DNA of 64,000 bases from Eledone cirrhosa. Taxonomy: Eukaryota. The notes under the pieces were generated by a model that was given only the letters and a program-made list of their open reading frames with translations, ran no database searches and was not told where the DNA came from. Positions 1 to 11,521 of the stretch are shown here, piece after piece (positions within the stretch are counted from its first letter, which is position 1; every line of letters starts with the position of its first letter). The stretch spans positions 309,256,001 through 309,320,000 of the forward strand of contig OZ024740.1 in the NCBI GenBank assembly GCA_964016885.1, read 5' to 3'. Both the position numbers and the translations under genes were made by a program.

Positions 1-660
1 ACCAGTAATACACTGGGGTTGAATTAATTAACTTTCCCCTTCCCTTCAAATTGCTAGCCTTGTGCCTAAAGTAGAAATAATAATAATAATTATTATTTGA
101 GTTAAAATCCTGCCGAGGTAAGCGTTGCCTTTCATCCTTATGGGGTCAATAAAATAAAGCACCAGTAATGCACTGGGGTCGATTTAATCGACTCTTTCTC
201 TCCCTCAAAATTGCTGGCCTTGTGCCTAAAGTAGAAACAATCATTTTATGAGCCACTGCATAACTTCAACACTCATGCTTCACGAGCAAGCAATATCACA
301 CATCTTACACATGTTTCATACAATTTGTCCTTCACACAGAGAGAGAAACCTTTTGATATCAACAATTTGGATATGTGGCAGTGCCAGCAGCAGCAGTGGA
401 GGCATAGCAGGATTGGTAGAAACATTAAAACACTGGAAAAGTGGACACATATTTTCTCTGTCTCCATTTTCTTCAATGAGTATCTATAGTTATCATCAGT
501 AGAAGGTCTGATGCCATGCTTTGCAGCAAAGAGTTACGGCCCTTTACATCCCTCTGAGGTTAACTTTGCCTTTCATCCTTATGGGGTTGATAAAATAAAG
601 TACCAGTAATGCACTGGTTAATTGCTGGCCTTGTGCTAAAAGTAGAAACAATTATTGTAA
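1..660 (+). mobile_element. Cluster of three partial copies of a tRNA-derived SINE (Meta/MESC-like core)
   Basis: Repeated TTGCCTTTCATCCTTATGGGGT..ATAAAATAAAG.ACCAGTAATGCACTGG and tail TTGCTGGCCTTGTGCCTAAAGTAGAAAC, the same family as the full copy at 32450-32633. Confidence 0.8.
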
Positions 661-883
661 TTATCAGCATTGTGGTGACTATATTTTCAAATTTCAATTA
701 CCCAATACTTTGTAATCAAATTTTGTTTGAAAAATTAATTTAGTCTGATGCTACCATCCTTCTTGATTGTATACGATGTCAGTATTTGTCTAATCTATAT
801 TATAAGACAAGCTGATCACCATTTGTCTTTCTGTCCATCACATGTAGAAGGGAGAAGAGGACGAATCAAAAGGGGAGATAACT

Positions 884-1243
884 CCTTTCACAACATATAC
901 ATAGGAGGGAAGAAGGGGAGGAGAACATGTTGTTGTGAGAAACAGAGAGAGAGAGAGAAAAAGGGAGGTGGATCATTTATGACATCAGAATGAAAGTTAT
1001 GACAACAGACTTTTAAAAAAAGACTTTTAAGCCTGTCAACACTTTCGTTTCTATGGTGTCAACACTTTACCTCCTATTTATCTTTCACACACATAATTTA
1101 CTCTCTCACTGTATTTCTCTTTCAACAACAACATTTCACTCCTCCAATTTCCCCTCTCCTTCTACCTATATGTGTGAAAAGTTGTTGAGAGAAATACAAT
1201 GAGAGAGAAAGAGAGAGGGTGTGTGTGTGTGAAAGATAGATAG
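884..1243. repeat. Degenerate fold-back / nested inverted repeats
   Basis: 1101-1129 pairs with 1180-1207, 1076-1093 pairs with 1225-1242, and 884-960 is an approximate reverse complement of 1101-1180. Confidence 0.55.
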
Positions 1244-1439
1244 ATAGATAGTTTAAAGGGTAATTCAACAGGTACATACATGATTAACAGATTAACAAGT
1301 ATTTTTAAGGCAGCATAGCAATGACGGTTTTACTACTTACTGGTAAGAAACTCTCAGGGAGCTGGACAGTAGAAGGTCTTCAGAGAAGAAACAACCCCCT
1401 CAAGCGAGTGTTTCGGCCCTTAACTTCTCACACTCTAAC

Positions 1440-1462
1440 GGGGGGGGGGGGGGGGGGGGGGG
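1440..1462 (+). repeat. Poly-G tract (23 G)
   Basis: Read directly from the sequence. Confidence 0.9.
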
Positions 1463-1759
1463 CAGCATCCAGGTTATGATTCCTGGGTGCCCTTTTGCTG
1501 ACATTTAGCCATTCAGAAATCGGAGACTTGTGTATTTAAATCATATGTTGATAGAATCTAGCTTGAATTCTTCTCTGTTTATTCTGCTTTCATATTAGAT
1601 GGGAATGAATGTTCATATTATGTGAAACGGGTTAATATCTGACTGGTATTCCCAATAATTCCTGTATTTCTATATGTAATAGGAAACCAAATCAAGAAAC
1701 TGAAAATTATTGTTTTTTTAAATAGCAAAGATGAATATTTTTTTCAAATTTATGCACGC

Positions 1760-1937
1760 GGCCAGCAATTTAAGAGGGGAAGGGGAATTGATTATATTGA
1801 CCATAGTCCTTAACTGGTACTTTATTTTATCCATCATGTAAGGATGAAAAGCAAAGCTGGCTTTTGCAAGATTTGAACTCGGAACATAGAGTACCATAAA
1901 CTATTTTGTCTGATGCTCTCTTGACTGCCAATCCACT
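1760..1937 (-). mobile_element. tRNA-derived SINE (Meta-like family), reverse orientation
   Basis: Reverse complement of the family tail, core (CTGGTACTTTATTTTAT..AGGATGAAA), B-box (GATTTGAACTC) and head (CTGCCAATCCAC). Confidence 0.75.
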
Positions 1938-2390
1938 GCCAATCTACTGCCAATCTATTACCAATCCATTGACAATCTACTGACAATCTACTGAGAATCT
2001 ACTGCCAATCCACTGACAATCTACTGCCAATCCACTGACAATCTACTGCTAATCCACTGACAATCCACTGACAATCCACTGACAATCCACTGACAATCCA
2101 CTGACAATCTACTGACAATCTACTGCCAATCTACTGACAATCTACTACTAATCCACTGCCAATCTACTGCCAATCTATTACCAATCCATTGACAATCTAC
2201 TGACAATCCACTGCCAATCCACTGACAATCTACTGCTAATCCACTGACAATCCACTGACAATCCACTGACAATCCACTGACAATCTACTGACAATCTACT
2301 GACAATCTACTGACAATCTACTGCCAATCTACTGACAATCTACTACTAATCCACTGACAATATACTGCCAATCTGCTGCTAATCTATTGC
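1925..2390. repeat. 12-bp minisatellite, consensus CAATC(C/T)ACTG(A/C), about 38 copies
   Basis: Directly visible tandem array. Confidence 0.95.
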
Positions 2391-3842
2391 TCCATTTTAG
2401 ATAGTAATAATAAATGGTTTTTGATTTAGATACAAGGCCAGCAATTCGAGGGAAAGGAAAAGTTGATTATATCATCTCCAGTACATGACTGGTACTTTAT
2501 TTTATTCATTACATAAGGATGGAAGTGGCATCATGACTGGCAGGTGTAAAATTAGTTGGTTGGAATTTGCAGATGACATGGTGTTACTTAACTTGATGGT
2601 TATGGTCACTCAGCAGCCCTTGGGCCACAGATGTGGTGTTTCCTCCTCCTGCACATTCTACTATACTAAAATGGTCTCTGCTTCTAGGAACTTTCCAGGA
2701 TCATTCCATCTCCACTCAAGTACTTCCAACTCGTCTCTCCTCTCTCATCTTCCCTGTTGTGTCCAAACCTAAATCTCTGTGATTACCACTATACCCAGTC
2801 TTTCCTTACCCTTGTTGGTATTGTTTAAGCCCAGGTCAACCTTAATCAAGTAGATCTATGATTAAAGATAATCCAGTTGCGACCAGTTTGCTATTTTAGG
2901 GATATGTAGGACCATATTATCTAAGGTATCCTTTCCTTATTTAAGATGTAGAATTTGATTTGAAGGAAATGTAGCTGCTATTTCTAGTTAGAAGGCTCAC
3001 ATTGAGGAATATTCACTGGCTCGGGAATATATCTATTTTGAAGATGGGTAAAATTCATTTATTCATGCTGTATGGAAAATAATAATGGCTCTTATAAAAG
3101 TTCAATAGTTTGATTCAAATATCAGCTTTCACTGCACTGCAGGATCAACTTCATTTCATACTATTCAAAAGACAAGAATGCATGTGAACTAGTCTACTTT
3201 CATATTGCCTTTTAGTTCAGCATGTGCTTGTCAGCTGTATAAGCCTTTTGTTTGTCTGTTCTTTAGACTACAATTTCCTGTTGTGTATAGTGGAAAGTTT
3301 CAGTCATTGACTGACTGCCTACACAGCACACTTACGCACGCACGCACACACACCACAGACACATTCATACATTAACTCTCTTATTCTTCCTTGATTTCAC
3401 ATTCATTCTCTATCCCATTCTCTTCTGTTTTTCACACACACACACACACACACATACACACACACACAAACAAACAAATAGATATGTAGATATGTACATA
3501 CACACACATATATATAAATATATTTCCTATTTTCTTTTCACTTCAGTTCTATTTCTCTTTCACACATAAACATTATGATAATATTGTATAAACTCAGTAA
3601 ATATTTGATTATAATCTGTGAATTTCAACCTAGATGTTTTACTGAAATCCACATTACTACACATGAGCTTGTTTCTGTAGTCAACAAGTCACACCTTTTA
3701 ACACAGCATTAAAAAAATGTCAGACTTTGATTTAGTATTAATTCCTCTTCTATTGATTTACATGCTGTTTGTTTATTTATTTATTTATTCATGGTAGCAT
3801 ATGTTGGAATTTTTTTCTTTTTTTTCGAATTTCAGAAATTTG

Positions 3843-4100
3843 TATCATCATCATTGTTTAACGTCTATCTTCCACGCTAGCATGGGTTAGACGGGAATTG
3901 TCCCACTTGAGGCAAGATTGATCAGGTGACCGTGTCTCGTTCATATAGGACTGTATGTGGCAGGTTTTCTATGGGTGGATGCCCTTCCTAAGACCAACCA
4001 CATTTACAGTGTTGACTGGGAGCCTTTTTACTGTGTCTCCTACACAATCACTTTACAGTGTGGACTGGGTGCTTTTTGTCATGACACCTACATGACCTCT
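3843..4100 (-). mobile_element. 5'-truncated RTE LINE 3' UTR (or RTE-partner SINE)
   Basis: (CAT)n tail, near-palindrome CCA(C/T)GCTAGCATGG and GGATGCCCTTCCTAA.ACCAACC block, shared with the 3' end of the RTE at 34320-36948. Confidence 0.75.
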
Positions 4101-4111
4101 TTATTTGCAAC

Positions 4112-4460
4112 AAATTGGCAGAGTCATTAGAATGTTGGATAGAATGCTTTGCAGTATTCATTGCGACTTTTTGCATTCTGAGTTCAAATCCTGCCGAGGT
4201 CACCTTTGCTTTTCATCCTTTCGAGGGTGATAAAAAAAAGTACCAATCCAATATGAGGGTCGGTTTTTCCTCTATATCTCTTTCTCACTTCTTTCTTCCT
4301 CTCTTTTCTCCTCTCACTCTTTCTCTCTCTTGAAGAAATCTGCTGTTTTCAGACCTGGAGAAGGGATGGATTTTGCCAGGTTTTAAAAAAATGCCCAAGA
4401 AATGCTATATGGCATTTACGTATTGTATTTACCAGGAGTTATGGGTTCATATATACATTC
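4112..4460 (+). mobile_element. SINE subfamily with Meta-like head and a different CT-rich/CAGACCTGGAG tail
   Basis: A-box (TGGCAGAGTC), B-box (GAGTTCAAATCC) and core. The tail is shared with 23063-23400, about 26600-26870 and 48130-48410 (-). Confidence 0.65.
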
Positions 4461-4701
4461 AATATTATTGAAGCAATTATGTTATCTTTCTTTTTTTATG
4501 GCATATAACCCATCCCTACTACTAATCCCATGTTGTAGGTGCAGGTATTGTTGAATGGCTGAAGTTCACTTCACAATCATCAGGTTTTATGTTAAATCCT
4601 ATTGCATGGCATCTTGAGCAAGTGTTTTTTACTATACCCTTGGATCACCCCAAGTCTTGTGAGTGAAATTATGTACATAGAAACAGTATGAAAACCCATC
4701 A

Positions 4702-4880
4702 GATAGATTTTTACCTGTAATTCTTATAACCAGCCTTGACACATAGATAGAATTTACCTGTAATTTAAATAACGTGCCCTGACACATATTAGCTAGATTT
4801 TACCTGTAATTAGTATAACTAGCCTTGATACTATTAGATAGAATTTACCTGTAATTCAAATAACCAGTCTTGACATATAT
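4702..4880. repeat. Four copies of a ~45-bp tandem repeat (TAGA.TTTACCTGTAATT....TAACCAGCCTTGACAC)
   Basis: Direct repeats. The unit is the reverse complement of the GTGTGACAAGGCTGGCCCTTTGAATTACAGG segment of the family at 9710-9890, and the family body continues to about 5020. Confidence 0.75.
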
Positions 4881-5534
4881 TGTGTCATGCTAATTCAGCT
4901 TGAGAATTTCATTAAATACACATGTGTCTGTGGAATATTTAACCAGTACAAGTTAATTAAATGAGTCAGACATTCAGTTGATAGAAAACCTAAGTGCTGA
5001 ATGTTCATTGTTGAAAGCCACAAAGGATCCATCACTGATACTACAACTGTTAAAGTAGAACTTGTTAACAATCATAAAAACTATGAGAACCAGAACTCGA
5101 TGCTATAGTAAATTTGGAATGGATACTCATGGATATGTAATCAATAGTCCAACATCTTAGCATCTTAGTAAATGACAGTTTGAGTTGCCAATGGAATGAA
5201 GCTGTGAAGGAAGACCTGGGTAGAAGTGGTGAGAGAAAATCTAAATATGTGGAACCTCATTGAGGAGATAATGAAAGATTGCACTGAATAGAGGAAAACT
5301 GCTGAAAAAGTCCCATTTAATCCATGAAAACATGAAAAAAAAAACTGACTTAAGAAACATGGTGGTGGAGGAGGTGGAGGTGGAAATTACCAACTACTCT
5401 AAACATAGAATCAGTTACCCACCATTACATCATCTGCAAAATGATCAATAAAACAACGTTTACATTTCTGTATAGCACAGCCAGCAATCTCTCACATTTA
5501 AAATTGTAGCTGAGTCTTTTGCTCAACTTTGCTT

Positions 5535-8228
5535 AATCACCCACCTATCACTCCTCAATAACCCACCTACCACTCCTCAATCACCCACCTATCACTCCTC
5601 AATAACCCACCTACCACTCCTCAATCACCCACCTACCACTCCTCAATCACCCACCTATCACTCCTCAATCACCCACCTATCACTCCTCAATCACCCACCT
5701 CCACTCCTCAATCACCCACCTACCACTCCTCAATCACCCACCTATCACTCCTCAATCACCCACCTATCATTCCTCAATAACCCACCTATCACTCCTCAAT
5801 CACCCACCTACCACTCCTCAATCACCCACCTATCACTCCTCAATCACCCACCTATCACTCCTCAATCACCCACCTATCACTCCTCAATCACCCACCTCCA
5901 CTCCTCAATCACCCACCTACCACTCCTCAATTACCCACCTACCACTCCTCAATAACCCACCTATCATTCCTCAATCACCCATCTACCACTCCTCAATCAC
6001 CCACCTCCACTCCTCAATCACCCACCTACCACTCCTCAATTACCCACCTACCACTCCTCAATAACCCACCTATCATTCCTCAATCACCCATCTACCACTC
6101 CTCAATCACCCACCTATCACTCCTCAATCACCCACCTACCACTCCTCAATCACCCACCTATCACTCCTCAATCACCCACCTATCACTCCTCAATCACCCA
6201 CCTCCACTCCTCAATCACCCACCTACCACTCCTCAATCACCCACCTATCACTCCTCAATCACCCACCTATCATTCCTCAATAACCCACCTATCACTCCTC
6301 AATAACCCACCTACCGCTCCCCAATAACCCACCTATCACTCCTCAATAACCCACCTATCACTCCTCAATAACCCACCTATCATTCCTCAATAACCCACCT
6401 ATCATTCCTCAATAACCCACCTATCACTCCTCAATCACCCACCTATCACTCCTCAATCACCCACCTCCACTCCTCAATCACCCACCTACCACTCCTCAAT
6501 CACCCACCTATCACTCCTCAATCACCCACCTATCATTCCTCAATAACCCACCTATCACTCCTCAATAACCCACCTACCGCTCCCCAATAACCCACCTACC
6601 ACTCCTCAATCACCCACTTATCACTCCTCAATAACCCACCTACCACTCCTCAATCACCCACCTATCACTCCTCAATCACCCACCTACCACTCCTCAATAA
6701 CCCACCTATCACTCCTCAATAACCCACCTATCATTCCTCAATAACCCACCTACCACTCCTCAATAACCCACCTATCACTCCTCAATCACCCACCTATCAC
6801 TCCTCAATCACCCACCTCCACTCCTCAATCACCCACCTACCACTCCTCAATCACCCACCTATCACTCCTCAATCACCCACCTATCATTCCTCAATAACCC
6901 ACCTATCACTCCTCAATAACCCACCTACCGCTCCCCAATAACCCACCTACCACTCCTCAATCACCCACTTATCACTCCTCAATAACCCACCTACCGCTCC
7001 CCAATAACCCACCTACCACTCCTTAATCACCCACCTATCACTCCTCAATCACCCACCTACCACTCCTCAATAACCCACCTATCACTCCTCAATCACCCAC
7101 CTACCACTCCTTAATCACCCACCTATCACTCCTCAATCACCCACCTATCACTCCTCAATCACCCACCTATCACTCCTCAATAACCCACCTACCACTCCTC
7201 AATCACCCATCTACCACTCCTCAATCACCCACCTATCATTCCTCAATAACCCACCTATCATTCCTCAATTACCCACCTACCACTCCTCAATCACCCACCT
7301 ATCACTCCTCAATAACCCACCTACCACTCCTCAATCACCCATCTACCACTCCTCAATCACCCACCTATCACTCCTCAATCACCCACCTACCACTCCTCAA
7401 TCACCCACCTACCACTCCTTAATCACCCACCTATCACTCCTCAATCACCCACCTACCACTCCTCAATCACCCACCTATCACTCCTCAATAACCCACCTAC
7501 CACTCCTCAATCACCCACCTACCATTCCTCAATCACCCACCTACCACTCCTCAATCACCCACCTATCACTCCTCAATAACCCACCTACCACTCCTCAATC
7601 ACCCACCTATCACTCCTCAATCACCCACCTATCACTCCTCAATCACCCACCTACCACTCCTCAATCACCCACCTATCACTCCTCAATAACCCACCTACCA
7701 TTCCTCAATCACCCACCTACCACTCCTCAATCACCCACCTACCACTCCTCAATCACCCACCTACCACTCCTCAATCACCCATCTACCACTCCTCAATCAC
7801 CCACCTACCACTCCTCAATCACCCACCTAATACTCCTCAATCACCCACCTACCACTCCTCAATCACCCACCTAATACTCCTCAATCACCCACCTACCACT
7901 CCTCAATCACCCACCTAATACTCCTCAATCACCCACCTACCACTCCTCAATCACCCACCTATCACTCCTCAATCACCCACCTATCACTCCTCAATCACCC
8001 ACCTACCACTCCTCAATCACCCACCTACCACTCCTCAATCACCCACCTAATACTCCTCAATCACCCACCTACCACTCCTCAATCACCCACCTACCACTCC
8101 TTAATCACCCACCTATCACTCCTCAATCACCCACCTATCACTCCTCAATCACCCACCTATCATTCCTCAATCACCCACCTACCACTCCTCAATCACCCAC
8201 CTATCACTCCTCAATCACCCACCTATCA
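5535..8228. repeat. 22-bp minisatellite AATCACCCACCTA(T/C)CACTCCTC, about 122 copies, with higher-order variant blocks
   Basis: Directly visible tandem array; the + strand has almost no G. Confidence 0.98.
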
Positions 8229-8445
8229 ATATGGATCCATAACCAGTGTACCTGATAAACCCACCTCATTTTTTTTTTATTCAATCACAAACACACACAC
8301 ATGCACACACACACACATGCCACACACCCACACACACATGCACACACACACACATGCCCCACACCCACACACACACACATGCCATACTCACATACACATG
8401 CCACACACACACCACATATCTTTCAGGCATGTGCCATTACCCAAC

Positions 8446-8640
8446 ATTTGATATTCTCTGTGTCTGAGAAGCATCCGTAATGGCTGTTTAACATTTTACA
8501 AATATTTTAAGTCATTTAACCATCACACACCCTGTAAGTAGATACAGTATTTAACACAAAATGTAAACTTACTGCATAAAATCAAATTTAGAACTACACA
8601 AGCAGGGGTCAACTGCATGTTAAAATGATTACTGAAGCAC
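8446..8640 (+). repeat. Unclassified dispersed repeat (second copy at about 49030-49190)
   Basis: Shared TTTGATATTCTCT..GTCTGAGAAGCAT..GTAATGGCT and CACAAAATGTAAA.TTACTGCA blocks. Confidence 0.65.
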
Positions 8641-8713
8641 ACACACACACACTCACTCTCAGATCAAAATATTTCCTAAATTTCTCTCCATTCACTCTAC
8701 TGATCTCATTCAC

Positions 8714-8872
8714 TATCATCATCCTCGATTAACATCTATCTTCCATGCTAGCATGGGTTAGACCGGTCCCAATTAGAGGCAAGTTGGGTCGGGTGACCGT
8801 GTCTCGCTCATAATAGGGGTGTTTCTGGCTGGTTTTCTACAGCTGGATACCCTTCTTAACACCAACCACATT
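8714..8872 (-). mobile_element. RTE 3' UTR fragment
   Basis: (CAT)n, CCATGCTAGCATGGGTTAGAC and CAGCTGGAT.CCCTTC.TAACACCAACC. Confidence 0.75.
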
Positions 8873-8916
<44 letters not shown>

Positions 8917-9709
8917 GATGATAATAATTAATAATAAGTAGGAATGAGGTGTCAGAGTATTATCAGTAAGTTTATTCAGGAGGTGATGCATGTTTCACGA
9001 TTGATCAGCTCAAGGTTCGATCTGTACTGATCAGGCCTGACTCTGGAATCAAGTGCTCAAGTTGGTGAACCAACAGTAACATAAGGTTACAATACATTAA
9101 GCTATATATATATATAAGCTGTCATTGAGTGTGTGAAAAGCTCTCCATTCCAATACAAAAGTGGTTTGTATTGACAATATCTTTTCCATTACAGACAACA
9201 AGTATGCTCCAAAGCTAGAACGTTTCCTACCAAATCTTTTCCCTACAGGAAACTATTGTAACAATTTCCCCAAAACAAACTATCTGATTCTGTCAATATA
9301 TAATTCTATTTCCAGCATCTGAAAAGTTATCTAAACAGTATTGTGAGTGAAAGCAATTGTAGCTATGACTCCCCCACTATCTCTATTCCACACTTCAGCC
9401 CCCCTCTTTCTTAATCAATGTCTTTCATTAGAAATATGGTAACAAAAGAGTTAAAATCTATTTTTGATAGTATTTCATGACATGGATTTAAACCATCCAT
9501 GTTCTTCATTGAATATTTTGCTAAGAAAATTAAGACTATAAATAACAGGCAGACTCAAACAGTGGAACATTCTAGATGCAGATTTATTTTTAAAAAAGAG
9601 AGATAATTTTCTCTTCTGCTTTTAATACAGACTGACTTTTACAGAGTCAGGTTCAAAAGTTCTGACTTTTCTCTATGGAATAGAATGGAATGGAGTTCCA
9701 CCAGAATTG

Positions 9710-9890
9710 ACAATGAGGGTTTCAGTTGTTCAATCAATGGAACAGACTGCTCATAAAATTAACATGTAAGTGGCTGGGAATTCCATAGACATGTGTACTG
9801 TTCAACTGTTCATGTAATTCTCAGGAAGATTCAGTGTGACATAGTATGTGATTAGGCTGGCTCTTTGAATTACAGGTACAGTCCATCCAA
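9710..9890 (+). mobile_element. Dispersed SINE-like repeat (copies at about 48435-48610, 52650-52820, 56510-56680)
   Basis: Shared CAATGGAACAG.CTGCTC.T.AAATTAAC.TG.AAGTGGCTG and GGCTGGC.CTTTGAATTACAGGTA. Confidence 0.7.
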
Positions 9891-11039
9891 TGGGCTTCCA
9901 AACAATTTCTGTCTGCCTAATTTCACTCATAAGGCATGAGTCACACTGAGGCTATGATAAATGATAAGTACCTGTGATGACATCGAGTAGGATTGAACCT
10001 AGGACTTAATGAATATTGGTGAAACTTCTTAGCTCTTCGGCCATACTACATCCACTCTCTACAGAATAGCATTTCTTTCAGCTTCCATTCAGGCTGATGT
10101 TTCTTCAGAGCCTTGTCATGCTGGTTCTGGCTTTACTACGGATCGGAACTGCAGACAGTAATGTTGCATGTAGAAAAGCCATACATTTTTTTTTTTTTTT
10201 TTTTTAGCTATGCACCTAACCTATCGACCATGATGTGACAGCATGTTTTGAGCTACATAGTTTACTTAGTGTTTCTTCTGGCTGGTGCTTCCCCACAGAG
10301 CACTGCTTTGACACCTCTTGCCTCTCCGTAGACCAATCTGCAGTCATGTTACCCATGGTACAAGTCATTTACCATTCAAGCTATTTTAATAAGTTGTAGA
10401 GAACAGCCATGCAAACTAATTTTTAGTCACACTACTACAGATTATCTCAAATTACACAGAACACATATCTTTTGTTTTCATTGTGTGAACTAAATCAACT
10501 TTGATGTGTTTCATAAACATTGAAAATATGAACAGATGCACAGCTTACAACCATAAGCCATTTTGCAGCTTACACATTTATATTTACACATCCTTCATTC
10601 ACTGCAACAGAATCACTATGACTAAAAGAACTTTTCATTCAGCTAGTCTTGATGTGAGATGCAGGTTTAGCTGAATGAATCTACCATTTCCCAGAAATAT
10701 CTTCATTTTTTTTTGCCAAAGTGAAATTATATACTTTCAAAATGATCTTGAATGAATTGGTGTTAATATTAATATGAATGTTATATTATTACTTCATTGT
10801 TAGGGTGTGAAAGTTTTCTTGAGAGCTAAGAGTGTTGCCCATTGTTCCATCTCCCCGAGCAGCTTATCGCTGTTTGGTCCGAGGTTACATGAACCCACTT
10901 ATATCACAACTAGCTATCATATCTGGTGGCAGTATCCCCATCTGCCACCTGTGACCAATTCTTAAGTAGATCTGCTCTACCTAGAAGTTCAAGTATCCTG
11001 AGAAAAATTTCATGAATGATGGAAAGCAGAAGGCTGAAT

Positions 11040-11521
11040 TAAATGCAGGAATAGGCATAAAAGCCAAACTTGCTATCTTCAGTTGTGTTCATGCTTACCC
11101 TTACCTATGGTCATGAATCTTGGGGTAATGACCAAAAGAATACAATTGTGAATACAAGCAGCTGAAATGGAGTTCTTCCAAAGAGTCTTTGAAGTAACAT
11201 TAATCAATAGGGTGCATAGCTCAGAGATCAGTGAGTCATTCCATGTAGAGCCACAACTTCGGATCAAGGGTATTATGGGCATGTGGTTAGAATGTCTAAT
11301 GAAAGAATCACTGGACAGATTTTATAGGACAAAATCAACCAGCTGGAGATCCAGAGGTAGATCACGAATATGATAATTGGATAACATCCATGAGTTCAGT
11401 TGGTTTTGCTTGGGAATCCAGCCAGATCAATTGGAGGTAGTTGCTTCTGACAGGCCCTCTGGAAGGCATGTCTGAAGACTGTCTCTATGGCCCTCTCAGG
11501 AATAAGTGGTTAAAGAAGAAG
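11040..11521 (+). mobile_element. 3' fragment of a second RTE-type LINE family with (AAG)n tail
   Basis: Translation IQAAEMEFFQRV..VTLINRVHSSEI and a GRSR..W motif typical of the RTE C-terminus. Homologous to 30320-30480, 42020-42372 and 47510-47918. Confidence 0.7.

Noticed and set aside
5535-8228. Telomeric or interstitial telomere repeat
   Set aside because: The unit is 22 bp and does not contain TTAGGG/CCCTAA.
8975-9050. Further hammerhead-like motif on the minus strand (GAAACATGCATC...AATAAA)
   Set aside because: No CUGANGA box in the right place. It could be a truncated Penelope-like end, but this is unsupported.
10070-10400. Possible Tc1-like HTH remnant (LVYGEARG on the minus strand)
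   Set aside because: Only one short motif and no TIRs identified; too weak to call.
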